A DNA stretch of 64,000 bases from Bacteroidota bacterium (GTDB taxonomy: Bacteria > Bacteroidota > Bacteroidia > Cytophagales > UBA9547): assembly GCA_004293915.1 (NCBI GenBank), contig RDZG01000069.1, positions 2,626-66,625 on the forward strand, written 5' to 3'. Both the position numbers and the translations under genes were made by a program. Below, piece after piece: positions 9,977 through 20,444 of this stretch. Within the stretch, counting starts at the first letter, position 1. Every line of letters starts with the position of its first letter. The notes under the pieces were generated by a model that saw only the letters and a program-made list of their open reading frames with translations, did not search any database and had not been told where the DNA came from.

Positions 9977-10627
9977 ATGGCAAAGAATTTTGTATCAAAC
10001 AAAGACGAATCTGTAAGAATGTTTAAGGCAGACTGGATAGATATGGTTTCGAGAGTGCATTTCAGTATTCCCCTTTATTTATATGTTCCAGTAGCATTGA
10101 TTTGCTTATATCGCAGTTTTTTTATTTTTGAAAATAGTTTTTTAGCTATTTTGGGTTTGATTGTGGTTGGCATTGCAGTTTGGACTTTTGCCGAATATCT
10201 TTTACATCGATTTATATTTCATTACCATCCAACAACAGAATGGGGCAAACGTATGTCGTTTATTATGCACGGTGTGCATCACGATTATCCAAACGACAGC
10301 AAACGTTTGGTTATGGTTCCTTCGATAAGTATCCCTTTGTGTGTATTATTTTATTCTATGTTTTATTACACTTTTGGAGCAACAAATGTTGATGCTTTTT
10401 TTGTTGGATACGTAATTGGTTATTTGTTTTATGATATGACACATTATGCTTTGCATCATGCCAATTTTAAATCTAAATTTTGGTTGATGTTGAAACAAAA
10501 CCACATGCGTCACCATTATATGGAACCTGATAGAGGTTTTGGTGTTTCAACCACATTTTGGGATTTGGTTTTTAAATCTACTTTTACAGGCGTAGCTGAT
10601 AAAAAAGAAGTTGAAGTTATACATTAA
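9977..10627 (+). CDS. Sterol desaturase/fatty acid hydroxylase family protein
   Basis: His boxes EYLLHRFIFH, HGVHH, YDMTHYALHH, HMRHH; FGVSTTFWD. Confidence 0.9.
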   Translation: MAKNFVSNKDESVRMFKADWIDMVSRVHFSIPLYLYVPVALICLYRSFFIFENSFLAILGLIVVGIAVWTFAEYLLHRFIFHYHPTTEWGKRMSFIMHGVHHDYPNDSKRLVMVPSISIPLCVLFYSMFYYTFGATNVDAFFVGYVIGYLFYDMTHYALHHANFKSKFWLMLKQNHMRHHYMEPDRGFGVSTTFWDLVFKSTFTGVADKKEVEVIH

Positions 10628-10865
10628 TCTAGTTTTAAAATACTTAATCAATATATTTTTTACAATTTAGATGCTTTAGTGGTATTTTAATTATTATTGA
10701 GTTTTTGTTTGCAATTAATCTTTTAAGTATTTACGATTAAAATCGGTAATTATTTATGATTATTGTTGTACTATGTTTAAATGCATATTAGCTCAAAAAT
10801 TCCTTTACAATTTTATATTTTTTCTGTTTTCATTCTCTACATTTACAAAAATTATTAAATCATAA

Positions 10866-11303
10866 ATGGGTTCAACAGTAAATCTGAAAAACAGAATAAA
10901 AGAAGTTAGTTTACAAAAAGCTGAAGCAAAAGCAGCTGTTAAAAATTATGTTACTTGGTTTGAAATTCCTGCCTATAATCATTACAGAGCTATTGCCTTT
11001 TTTAATTTTATTTTTGGAATTGAAATGACAACTGTTGAACTCAATGGATATTATATGGGGTTTTTTCCAGCCGAAAATGGCATAGGAGGGGCTGTAGTAA
11101 CAGGGCAGGGGTGTGTGCCAAGCGAAACTGGAGCTTTGATTTATTTGAATGCAGGACCTGATTTAGAAATTCCATTGAGCAAAATAAACGAAGCAGGTGG
11201 ACGTGTTGTAATGGGCAAAACCTATTTGGGTGAATCTGCAGGATATTTTGCATTATTTATTGATACAGAAGGAAATAGATTGGCTTTACATTCTAAAAAT
11301 TAA
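10866..11303 (+). CDS. VOC (glyoxalase/bleomycin-resistance fold) family protein
   Basis: VTWFEIPA, GIGGAV, GALIYLN, GYFALFIDTEGNRLALHS. Confidence 0.88.
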   Translation: MGSTVNLKNRIKEVSLQKAEAKAAVKNYVTWFEIPAYNHYRAIAFFNFIFGIEMTTVELNGYYMGFFPAENGIGGAVVTGQGCVPSETGALIYLNAGPDLEIPLSKINEAGGRVVMGKTYLGESAGYFALFIDTEGNRLALHSKN

Positions 11304-11347
11304 GAATATTATTTTTCAAATGATGATTTATAAAATAATACTATTAC

Positions 11348-12265
11348 ATGAAATTCATTGCTAGCTCGTATTCAGATTTAGTTAATTCTATTTCTGAAAC
11401 ATATTCTTTTGGAAGGGTCAATGCTTTTAAACAAGTTAATAAATTACTTGTTGATACATATTGGAGGATTGGCAAAAATATTGTCGAATTTGAGCAAGGT
11501 GGAAATGTAAAATCTCAATACGGTTCACAGTTATTAGAACGTTTATCAAAGGATCTATCTTTACAATTTGGGAAAGGTTTTAGTTTAAGCAACCTTCAAA
11601 GATTTCGTCAGTTTTATATTTTATATCCAAATTATGCGATATCATCGCATAATTTACAAAAGTCTGACAATCAGTTTGTTAAAAATCATGCGACAGCATC
11701 GCATGATTTAAGTTGGAGTCATTATGTTGAACTTATAAAAATTGAAAATGATTTAGAAAGAAGCTTTTATGAACAACAAATACGAATAGAAAAATGGAGT
11801 ATAAATGAGTTAATAAGACAAAAAAACACCTCACTATTTTTAAGATTAGCATCAGGAAAAAATAAAGACGAAATATTGAAGTTGGCAAATCAGGGTATTA
11901 TAATTGAAAAACCTGAAGATATTTTAAAAGATACTTATGTTTTTGAATTTTTAAAAATTCCTGAACCATTTCATCTAACAGAAAATGATTTAGAAACCAG
12001 ACTTATTTCACAGTTGCAAGATTTTTTACTTGAATTAGGAAAAGGATTTGCATTTATTGGAAGACGATATATTGAAGCAGAGCAAAATGTAGAAGGAGAT
12101 AATCCACCTATTGGTTTAATACTTGCAAGAGAAAAAGATGAGTTACAAATAAAATATGCTATGAGCCACACAGATAGTAGGTTATTTGTTCAAAAATACC
12201 AACTTTTTTTACCAAATGAAGATGAACTTAGAAGAAAAATACAATCAGTTTATGAAGAACAATAA
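11348..12265 (+). CDS. YhcG/DUF1016-family protein with an apparent in-frame deletion of the nuclease core
   Basis: YWRIGKNIVE, YGSQLL..LS.DL, GKGFS, LSWSHY, KDTYVFEFL, ELGKGFAFIGR joined directly to YIEAEQNVEGDNPPIGLIL. Confidence 0.85.
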   Translation: MKFIASSYSDLVNSISETYSFGRVNAFKQVNKLLVDTYWRIGKNIVEFEQGGNVKSQYGSQLLERLSKDLSLQFGKGFSLSNLQRFRQFYILYPNYAISSHNLQKSDNQFVKNHATASHDLSWSHYVELIKIENDLERSFYEQQIRIEKWSINELIRQKNTSLFLRLASGKNKDEILKLANQGIIIEKPEDILKDTYVFEFLKIPEPFHLTENDLETRLISQLQDFLLELGKGFAFIGRRYIEAEQNVEGDNPPIGLILAREKDELQIKYAMSHTDSRLFVQKYQLFLPNEDELRRKIQSVYEEQ

Positions 12266-12324
12266 AATCTTAAAAATATATTATTAGCTAGAAGCCCTTA
12301 TAAGTTTTAAAAATACACTTTGAA

Positions 12325-15045
12325 ATGAACTCAAAACACTACAATATCAACCAATTGCGAATTGATTTATGGAATGAGCTTAAAGAAAAAAGCAACATTG
12401 CAAATCGAAATTTAGCATCGGATAAAAAACTTATTGAAATCAATGATGTATTACAAAATCTTGTTTCAATAGAACAATATTTCTCATTTCCAGGTGTTTA
12501 TCTTGTAAATACGTTAATCGAATCGGTAAAAAGAGGCGAAATAAAATCTATTTCTACACAAGTAAATGAGATTGTACATTTGCTGGTGAGCGAAAGTTAC
12601 AAAACCAATCCAGATGTTTTGGATGATACTTTTGGAGATGGATTTCAAGGAAAATCGAAAAGAAATGCAACCTCAAACACAACAAAGAAAAACTATTTTG
12701 AGGTTTTATATGTCGAAGATATATCTCAAAACGAAGAGGTTAGCATTAAAAATAAAATCAAAGATTTATTAGATTCAAGAGATAATCTTACCTACGATTT
12801 GGTGGTGCAACGCTCTTTTCAAGATGCATTAATTTGTCTTTTTTTTAATTATAACATTCAAGCTGCGGTAATCAGATATGCACCGTTGCATCTTTCTACA
12901 AACATTACCGAATTGATAAAACCTTTTATACAAAATGTATTAAAAGTTGATATTTCAGAAATAAAAGATGCAGAACTGGGTCCGCTTTTAGGAAAATATA
13001 TTCATCAATTCAGACCAGAATTAGATATTTATTATATCACAGATACTTCGCTTACGCATTTAGAAGATACAACATTAAAAGCATTTAGACGAATATTTTA
13101 TCGCATGGAAGATATTCAAGAATTGCATTTGAGCATTATTAGTGGCATAAACGAACGATTTGAAACACCATTTTTTACCGCCTTGTGCGAATATAGCAAG
13201 CGACCAACAACTGTTTTTCATGCCTTACCAATTTCTCGTGGAAATTCAGTTTTTAAATCACGTTGGCTTTCCGATTTTGGCGATTTTTATGGTAGAAATG
13301 TATTTTTAGCCGAAACCTCAGCTACAAATGGTGGATTGGATTCATTACTTCAGCCGAAAGGTCCGCTTAAAAAAGCTCAACAAAAAGCTGCAAATGCTTA
13401 TGGTGCAGAACAAACTTTTTTTGTAACCAATGGCACATCAACAGCAAATAAAATTGTACAACAAGCATTGATTCAACCTGGAGATGTGGTTTTAGTTGAT
13501 AGGGATTGCCACAAATCGCATCATTATGGATTAGTACTTGCTGGTGCATTTCCAGTTTATTTAGATTCTTATCCGATAGAAGAATATTCGATGTATGGGG
13601 CTGTACCGCTGCGTGTTATCAAAGAAAAATTATTGACTTTAAAAGCTGCGGGCAGGTTAGATAAAGTTAAAATGTTGCTACTAACCAATTGTACGTTTGA
13701 TGGATTGGTCTATAATGTTGAAAAAGTGATGGAAGAGGTTTTGGCAATAAAACCTGATATGGTTTTTCTTTGGGACGAAGCTTGGTTTGCTTTTGCAAGT
13801 TTTACTTATACGTTTAAGCAACGTACAGGCATGTATGTGGCTCAAAAATTGTTTCAAAAATATAGAACAGAAGAATATTTAAACACCTATAAAAACCATA
13901 TTGCTACGCTAAAACCGAATGAAACGCCACTTTTACCTAATCCAGAAAAAGTTAAAATCCGTGTGTATGCTACTCAAAGCACACACAAAACACTTTCGAG
14001 TTTTAGGCAAGGTTCAATGATTCATGTATGGGATGAGGAACATAATCTAAAAGTTGCTGACAGCTTCCGAGAAGCATACATGACACACACCACAACTTCA
14101 CCAAATTATCAAATTTTGGCATCAATGGATGTTGGTCGGAGGCAAGTAGAACTCGAAGGCTATGAATTGGTTGAAAATAGCATAGAAATGGCAATGGTTT
14201 TGCGTTCAAAAGTGCAAAATCATCCCAAACTCAACAAGTATTTTGACATACTTTCTGTAAAAGATATTATTGGAAAAGAATACAGAACTTATGGTCTTGA
14301 CGATTATTACGATGCCAACACTGGTTGGGAACGCATGGAAGATGCTTGGGAAAAAGATGAATTTGTTTTAGATCCAACCAAAATTACACTTTCTGTTGGC
14401 AAAGCTGGAATCACTGGCGATGATTTCAAAAACAAATATTTGATGGATAGTTTTAATATTCAAGTAAATAAAACGTCTAGAAATACAGTTTTGCTAATGA
14501 CAAACATTGGTACAACCCGAAGCAGTGTTACTTTTCTTATCAATGCTTTGTTGCAAATGGCTAGTCAACTAGATGAAAGCAATCGTTCACTAAATAAGCG
14601 TGAAGCAGAAATTTCTCAAAAACACATCACTTCGTTAATAAAAGATGTACCACCTTTACCCGATTTTAGTCATTTTCATACTTCATTTTTGGCTTCTCCT
14701 AGTGTGCCAGGTGGCAATATCAGAGAAGCCTATTTTTTGGCTTACAACGAAGATATGTGTCAGTATATTCCGATTAATGAATGTTTGGAAGCATTGCAAA
14801 AAAACAAAAATTTGGTATCAACTTCATTTGTAATTCCATATCCACCCGGATTTCCAATTTTAGTTCCCGGGCAAGTTGTAAGCGAAGGCATCATTCGTTT
14901 TATGATTGCCTTAGATGTAAAAGAAATTCATGGATACAGAGCAGATTTGGGCTTGAAAATATTTAACGAAGAAGCATTAAATCGTAAAAATACCATTTCG
15001 GCTATGGGTGCCATGGCAATGATGAACAATAAAAGTAAAAAATAA
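12325..15045 (+). CDS. Large PLP-dependent Orn/Lys/Arg decarboxylase-family protein
   Basis: FHALPISRG, GGLDSLL, FFVTNGTSTAN, DRDCHKSHH, WDEAWF, QSTHKT (PLP Lys), TTSPNYQILAS, PYPPGFP. Confidence 0.9.
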   Translation: MNSKHYNINQLRIDLWNELKEKSNIANRNLASDKKLIEINDVLQNLVSIEQYFSFPGVYLVNTLIESVKRGEIKSISTQVNEIVHLLVSESYKTNPDVLDDTFGDGFQGKSKRNATSNTTKKNYFEVLYVEDISQNEEVSIKNKIKDLLDSRDNLTYDLVVQRSFQDALICLFFNYNIQAAVIRYAPLHLSTNITELIKPFIQNVLKVDISEIKDAELGPLLGKYIHQFRPELDIYYITDTSLTHLEDTTLKAFRRIFYRMEDIQELHLSIISGINERFETPFFTALCEYSKRPTTVFHALPISRGNSVFKSRWLSDFGDFYGRNVFLAETSATNGGLDSLLQPKGPLKKAQQKAANAYGAEQTFFVTNGTSTANKIVQQALIQPGDVVLVDRDCHKSHHYGLVLAGAFPVYLDSYPIEEYSMYGAVPLRVIKEKLLTLKAAGRLDKVKMLLLTNCTFDGLVYNVEKVMEEVLAIKPDMVFLWDEAWFAFASFTYTFKQRTGMYVAQKLFQKYRTEEYLNTYKNHIATLKPNETPLLPNPEKVKIRVYATQSTHKTLSSFRQGSMIHVWDEEHNLKVADSFREAYMTHTTTSPNYQILASMDVGRRQVELEGYELVENSIEMAMVLRSKVQNHPKLNKYFDILSVKDIIGKEYRTYGLDDYYDANTGWERMEDAWEKDEFVLDPTKITLSVGKAGITGDDFKNKYLMDSFNIQVNKTSRNTVLLMTNIGTTRSSVTFLINALLQMASQLDESNRSLNKREAEISQKHITSLIKDVPPLPDFSHFHTSFLASPSVPGGNIREAYFLAYNEDMCQYIPINECLEALQKNKNLVSTSFVIPYPPGFPILVPGQVVSEGIIRFMIALDVKEIHGYRADLGLKIFNEEALNRKNTISAMGAMAMMNNKSKK

Positions 15046-15061
15046 TAAACCAATCTCAAAA

Positions 15062-16531
15062 ATGAACAACACTCCAATTGAAAAAGAAATAACAAACATT
15101 AGACAAATTTTTGAAAATAACACTACACCAATTTATTTCATCAGTGCTACCAATTTTAATCTTTTAGGCATGGACGAATGGATAAAAAACTTCACGTTTA
15201 TTAGTCATATCGATTGTTTTGAAGGAAAACATCCCAATGTTTTTTCTCCAAAAACCGAAATTGAACACGAAGAATTTCAAAGTATTGAAGAAATTAATAA
15301 TTATTTGCTACAACATCCTGAAGTTATCCAATTTATAAAATCGAGGAGTGTAAATGAAAAAATAGGCAAAGCAATTTTTTTGATGTTTGACGAAACCACT
15401 GAAAAACTTGCTCAAAATATTGGACTAGAAGTGTGTATGCCTTCGGCACAGTTGAGAAATTTTCTGGATAATAAAGTAAATACTAATAGAGTTGCCCAAA
15501 AAGCCGGTGTAGCCTGTGTGCCTTATGTGCTTTCGCCAGTAAAAAATTATGTGCATTTGAGAGAAGTTTCAAAAGATTTGGGAGAGCATTTAGTAGTGCA
15601 AACGCCTTATGGCGACTCAGGACATACAACTTTTTTTATTTCAACAGAAGCTGAATTTAATACCTATTCAGAAGAGATTTTGGCAGAAAAAGAGTGCAAA
15701 ATAATGAAAAGAATCAATTGTTTTGGTTCGGCAATCGAAGGTTGTGTTACTTCAAAAGGTACTTTAGTGGCTCCACTCATGACCGAATTAGTTGGGTTTA
15801 AAGCGCTCACACCCTACAAAGGTGGATGGTGTGGAAACGAATTATTTGCAAATGCTTTTAATGCTGATATTCGAGCAAAAGCACAAAAGTATACCCAGCT
15901 TTTTGGCGATCAATTACTTAAAGAAGGTTATAAAGGATATTTTGAGTTAGATTTTTTAATTGATAAAGACAATGGCGAAATTTATTTGGGTGAACTAAAT
16001 CCACGTTTTACTGGCGTAAGTTCTTTAACTAATCATGGATTATTTGCAATGAACGATGTGCCATTGTTTCTTTTTCATCTTTTGCAATGGATGGATGTAA
16101 ACTTCGATATTTCTATAATCGAACTCAATCAAAGATGGAATAATCAATCAAATATTGACAGCTGGAGCCAATTGGTTGTAAAACATACTAAAAAATCGCT
16201 TGAATATGTTACTCATGCTCCTTCTTCTGGAATTTGGGAAATACAAAGAAATGGAAGAATTGAATTTAAAAATGCAGATGCCCATCGCCAATCGGTAAAA
16301 AACGATAACGAAGCTTTTTTCTTACAAATCACACAAAAAGAAGGATATATGTACGAAGGTGCAGACTTAGGGATTTTAGTAATGCGGGGCAGATTAATGA
16401 CCGATGATTTTGAACTTACCGAACGAGCAAAACGTTGGATTTCAGCTATTCGTAGTCATTATAAAACCGAAATTATTGATGCTGAAATCCTTGAAGAAAG
16501 TGGAATTGGTGGCGATTTTAAGATATTATAG
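15062..16531 (+). CDS. ATP-grasp fold protein (often labelled biotin carboxylase-like), probable amide ligase
   Basis: LDNKV, QTPYGDSGHTTFF, GYKGYFELDFL, YLGELNPRFTG. Confidence 0.8.
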   Translation: MNNTPIEKEITNIRQIFENNTTPIYFISATNFNLLGMDEWIKNFTFISHIDCFEGKHPNVFSPKTEIEHEEFQSIEEINNYLLQHPEVIQFIKSRSVNEKIGKAIFLMFDETTEKLAQNIGLEVCMPSAQLRNFLDNKVNTNRVAQKAGVACVPYVLSPVKNYVHLREVSKDLGEHLVVQTPYGDSGHTTFFISTEAEFNTYSEEILAEKECKIMKRINCFGSAIEGCVTSKGTLVAPLMTELVGFKALTPYKGGWCGNELFANAFNADIRAKAQKYTQLFGDQLLKEGYKGYFELDFLIDKDNGEIYLGELNPRFTGVSSLTNHGLFAMNDVPLFLFHLLQWMDVNFDISIIELNQRWNNQSNIDSWSQLVVKHTKKSLEYVTHAPSSGIWEIQRNGRIEFKNADAHRQSVKNDNEAFFLQITQKEGYMYEGADLGILVMRGRLMTDDFELTERAKRWISAIRSHYKTEIIDAEILEESGIGGDFKIL

Positions 16532-16559
16532 TTTTTTTACTATGATATCTTATATCAAC

Positions 16560-17051
16560 TTATTCTTTTGGGAAATCAAAAGATACTAATTTACCAAGTC
16601 CTTGCGAGGTTTCTGCCCAAGTTTCTACTTGTAAATCAATAGTAAGTATAGCACATGTTGGAATATCTCCAATCAATTCTTTGGTAAGATATTCGGCTAA
16701 ATAACTCATTCCTGGATTATGTCCAAATACGATTATATTGTTAAATTTATCATCAAAAGCACAAATTTCGTTCATTAACACACGCGTTGAGGCTTCATAA
16801 ATATTTTCGTTATAGATAATTTTATCAAAATCAACTTTTAGTTGTTCGCAAAAATATTGAGCTGTTAGTTTGGCTCTTTCGGCAGGACTAGAAACAATAG
16901 CATCGAATGTTATATTTTTCTCTGCTAATAGATTTCCCATTCGAGGAGCATCTAAATGTCCTTTTGCACTCAACGAACGGTCAAAATCTTTTTGCCCAGC
17001 TATGCTTCTATCTGATTTTGCATGACGAACAAGCACTAATTGTTTTGACAT
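16560..17051 (-). CDS. sixA: SixA-like phosphohistidine phosphatase
   Basis: LVRHAKS, DFDRSL, SSPAERA, GHNPG. Confidence 0.85.
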   Translation of the reverse strand: MSKQLVLVRHAKSDRSIAGQKDFDRSLSAKGHLDAPRMGNLLAEKNITFDAIVSSPAERAKLTAQYFCEQLKVDFDKIIYNENIYEASTRVLMNEICAFDDKFNNIIVFGHNPGMSYLAEYLTKELIGDIPTCAILTIDLQVETWAETSQGLGKLVSFDFPKE

Positions 17052-17213
17052 AAATTATACTATGGTTACTTATATATTTAATAAAAGAATAAACAGCGAA
17101 AACAAATCCTAGCACAAATGTTTGTAAATATTAGAATTTATTAACAAGATTTGTGCAAAATTTTTACATTTTGCAGTTCGCAAATATACAATAAAATTTG
17201 TAAGTCGATAATA

Positions 17214-19511
17214 ATGAAGAATTTAGTAATCGTAGAGTCCCCTGCAAAAGCAAAAACTATCGAAGGATATTTGGGAGATGATTTTGTAGTAAAATCAAGT
17301 TATGGTCACATAAGAGATTTACCTGATAAAGGTTTGGGTATTGATATTTTAAATAAGTTCAAACCAAAATACGAAGTTTCAAGCGATAAAGTAGATACTG
17401 TAAAATCGTTAAGAAAATTAGCAGACGAAGCCGAAATAGTTTGGTTAGCATCCGATGATGACCGTGAGGGAGAAGCCATTTCTTGGCATTTGAAAGAATC
17501 GTTAGAATTGAATGATGCAAAAACACGCAGAATTGTTTTTAGGGAAATCACTAAAAAAGCAATTCTAAATTCGATTCAAAATCCACGCCAAATTGATATT
17601 GATTTAGTAAATGCTCAACAAGCACGCAGAATTTTAGATCGTTTGGTGGGTTATGAACTTTCGCCAGTATTGTGGAAAAAAATCAAAACAGGACTTTCTG
17701 CTGGTCGTGTACAATCTGTTGCTGTGCGTTTAGTCGTGGAAAGAGAGCGAGAAGTAGATAGTTTCAAATCGGTATATCAATTTATTGTAAAAGCCTATTT
17801 TGAATTAGATAAAGGCAAAAAATTAGTTGCCGAATTGCCAACTCGATTCGATTCTGAAGAAAAAGCAATGGCATTTTTAGAATCGTGTAAAAAAGCAAAA
17901 TACACGGTTGCAAATGTCGAAAAAAAATTAGCAAATAAATATCCAGCTGCTCCGTTTACAACCTCTACTTTGCAACAAGAAGCAAGTAGAAAATTATATT
18001 TTTCGGTTTCGCAAACCATGACAGTGGCTCAAAAGCTTTACGAAAGTGGAAAAATAACCTATATGCGTACCGATAGTACCAATCTTTCGGAAGATGCTAT
18101 TGCAAATGCAAAACAAGCCATAGAAGCCGAATTTGGTGCTAAATACTCGAAAACTCGTAGGTTTAAAACCAAAAACGAAGGCGCTCAAGAAGCCCATGAG
18201 GCAATTAGACCTACTAATTTTGCCACTATGGCTGCTGGTGCTGATGCTAACGAAAAAAAATTGTACGATTTGATTTGGAAACGTGCCATTGCTTCGCAAA
18301 TGGCTGATGCTGAGGTAGAAAGAACAACTTTAACGATTAATATCAGTACCAATAATCAAAATTTAGGTGCAACGGGTGAGGTCATAAAATTTGATGGTTT
18401 TTTAAAAGTTTATTTAGAATCAACGGATGATGAAAACGAAGAAGAGGAGGGGAGTGCAGTGCTTCCGCCATTGAAAGTAGGCGAAGAACTAAAATTTGCA
18501 GAAATGCTTGCTACCCAGCGTTATTCTCGTCCTTCTGCTCGCTATACAGAGGCAAGTTTGGTAAAAAAACTCGAAGAATTGGGTATTGGCAGACCTTCTA
18601 CTTATGCTCCGACCATTACTACAGTGCAAAAACGTGGATATGTTGTAAAAGAAAATAGAGAAGGAAAAGAACGTAAATTTAATGTTTTAACGCTAAAATC
18701 TGATGCCATATCGGCTGTTACAAAAACTGAAATTTTTGGTGCAGAAAAAGCTAAACTTTTTCCTACGAGTTTAGCAATGGTTGTAAACGATTTTTTGGTT
18801 CAAAATTTTGATAATGTTGTCGATTATAAATTTACAGCCAAAGTCGAAAAAGAATTTGACGAAATTGCTGATGGCAAAGTAGATTGGGTAAATATGCTTG
18901 GTAATTTTTATGATGATTTTCATAAAACAGTAGAAAATTCAGAAACTATTTCTCGAAAAGATGTTTCTGCAACCCGACTTTTGGGTGCTCATCCCGAATC
19001 GGGAAAAAATATGTATATCAAATTAGGTAAATTTGGTGCATATATCCAAATGGGTGAAAATGAGGAAGATGCAGGTGTAAAACCACAATATGCAAATCTC
19101 AAAAAAGGAATGTTAATGGAAAGTGTTTCGGTTGAAGATGCGTTAGAGCTTTTCAAATTGCCACGTATTTCTGGCGAATTTGAAGGCAAACCGATGAAAG
19201 TAGCCGTTGGGCAATTTGGACCTTATGTGCAACACGATGCAAAATATTATTCACTAGCCAAAACCGATGATCCATTATTGGTTGATGATCAACGTTGTAT
19301 CGAAATTATAGAAGCAAAACGCAAAGCTGATATTGAAAAAATCATCAAAGTATTTCCAGAAAATGCGGATGTAAAAGTTTTAAATGGCAGATATGGTGCT
19401 TATATTGCTGTTGGTAAAAAAAATGTAAAAATCCCAAAAGATATAGAAGCCAAAGATTTAACCTTAGAAAAATGCTTAGAATTAGCCGAAGCCACACCAG
19501 ATAATAAATAA
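17214..19511 (+). CDS. topA: DNA topoisomerase I (start moved to MKNLVIVESPAK)
   Basis: IVESPAKAK, DDDREGEAI, SAGRVQS, ITYMRTD, QEAHEAIRP, GIGRPSTYA, C-terminal topA repeats. Confidence 0.97.
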   Translation: MKNLVIVESPAKAKTIEGYLGDDFVVKSSYGHIRDLPDKGLGIDILNKFKPKYEVSSDKVDTVKSLRKLADEAEIVWLASDDDREGEAISWHLKESLELNDAKTRRIVFREITKKAILNSIQNPRQIDIDLVNAQQARRILDRLVGYELSPVLWKKIKTGLSAGRVQSVAVRLVVEREREVDSFKSVYQFIVKAYFELDKGKKLVAELPTRFDSEEKAMAFLESCKKAKYTVANVEKKLANKYPAAPFTTSTLQQEASRKLYFSVSQTMTVAQKLYESGKITYMRTDSTNLSEDAIANAKQAIEAEFGAKYSKTRRFKTKNEGAQEAHEAIRPTNFATMAAGADANEKKLYDLIWKRAIASQMADAEVERTTLTINISTNNQNLGATGEVIKFDGFLKVYLESTDDENEEEEGSAVLPPLKVGEELKFAEMLATQRYSRPSARYTEASLVKKLEELGIGRPSTYAPTITTVQKRGYVVKENREGKERKFNVLTLKSDAISAVTKTEIFGAEKAKLFPTSLAMVVNDFLVQNFDNVVDYKFTAKVEKEFDEIADGKVDWVNMLGNFYDDFHKTVENSETISRKDVSATRLLGAHPESGKNMYIKLGKFGAYIQMGENEEDAGVKPQYANLKKGMLMESVSVEDALELFKLPRISGEFEGKPMKVAVGQFGPYVQHDAKYYSLAKTDDPLLVDDQRCIEIIEAKRKADIEKIIKVFPENADVKVLNGRYGAYIAVGKKNVKIPKDIEAKDLTLEKCLELAEATPDNK

Positions 19512-19531
19512 TTTATTAAATTTCATATTAA

Positions 19532-19577
19532 TTGGATGCGATTTTAGCTTGAATATTTTAGCTATATTCGCATCCAA
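19532..19577. repeat. Intergenic hairpin between topA and the rhomboid genes
   Basis: TTGGATGCGA...TAGCT/AGCTA...TCGCATCCAA; no immediate T tract. Confidence 0.5.
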
Positions 19578-19594
19578 AATCGTTTTTAACAAAC

Positions 19595-20389
19595 ATGCTA
19601 AATCTTATACTCACTCCCGTAGTTAAAGCCTTATTAATAATAAATTTTGCTGCTTTTATCATTTCGAGCATGGTATTTAGCGATTTAAACACCTATTTTA
19701 GCTTAAAATATATTTTTGCTAGCAATTTTTATCCCTACCAATTTTTTACTTATATGTTTTTACATGAATATTTTGGGAATGTTTTTTTCAATATGCTAAG
19801 TCTATTTTTTATTGGACCCATTTTGGAAATGTACTGGGGAAGCAAAAAATTCATGTATTTTTATTTTATTATCGGAATTGGAGCTGGAGTAATTTATAGC
19901 ATCATTATGTATGCTCAAATGTATGGCTTGAATTTAGAAATTGAAGCATATATTAACAATCCAACCTTTGAGAATTTTTTAAATTTTCAAAATAAACATC
20001 TGAGCGAACTTACTGATTTGAACAAAAATTTCTTGCACGAATTTCAACAAAATCCAACAAATCGAGAAGCAATTGAACAATCTATCAGATTTGCGTATAT
20101 GTTGTTTGATGTAAAATCAAAAAGTTCACTTATGGGTGCATCTGGAGCTACATATGGACTTTTAATGGCATTTGGGCTTATTTTTCCACAACGAGAGATG
20201 ATGATTTTCCCATTTCCTGTACCCATAAAAGCCTGGAAATTTATACTTGGAATTGGTGCTTTTCAATTGTTTTTAGGTTTCATTAGTCGAAGTGAAAATG
20301 TAGCCGTTCATTTTGCAAATGTAAGCGGAATGCTTTTTGCTTTCATCATGATAAAACTTTGGAAAGAAAAATCTCAAGAAGACTATTGA
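19595..20389 (+). CDS. Rhomboid-family protein, catalytic His apparently replaced
   Basis: PYQFFTYMFLH, FFNM, GASGA; HFANVSG where AHLGG is expected. Confidence 0.85.
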   Translation: MLNLILTPVVKALLIINFAAFIISSMVFSDLNTYFSLKYIFASNFYPYQFFTYMFLHEYFGNVFFNMLSLFFIGPILEMYWGSKKFMYFYFIIGIGAGVIYSIIMYAQMYGLNLEIEAYINNPTFENFLNFQNKHLSELTDLNKNFLHEFQQNPTNREAIEQSIRFAYMLFDVKSKSSLMGASGATYGLLMAFGLIFPQREMMIFPFPVPIKAWKFILGIGAFQLFLGFISRSENVAVHFANVSGMLFAFIMIKLWKEKSQEDY

Positions 20390-20444
20390 TTTTGTAAAAC
20401 TATTTCACTATCTTGTGAGTTAATTAGTAGAATTTAGACTTGTA

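Noticed and set aside
17151-17213. N-terminal extensions given by the ORF track for topA (also the DEAD-box, rlmI-like and first MNT genes)
   Set aside because: Upstream starts run through promoter-like sequence or the previous gene; conserved N-termini begin at 17214, 23073, 25739 and 46372
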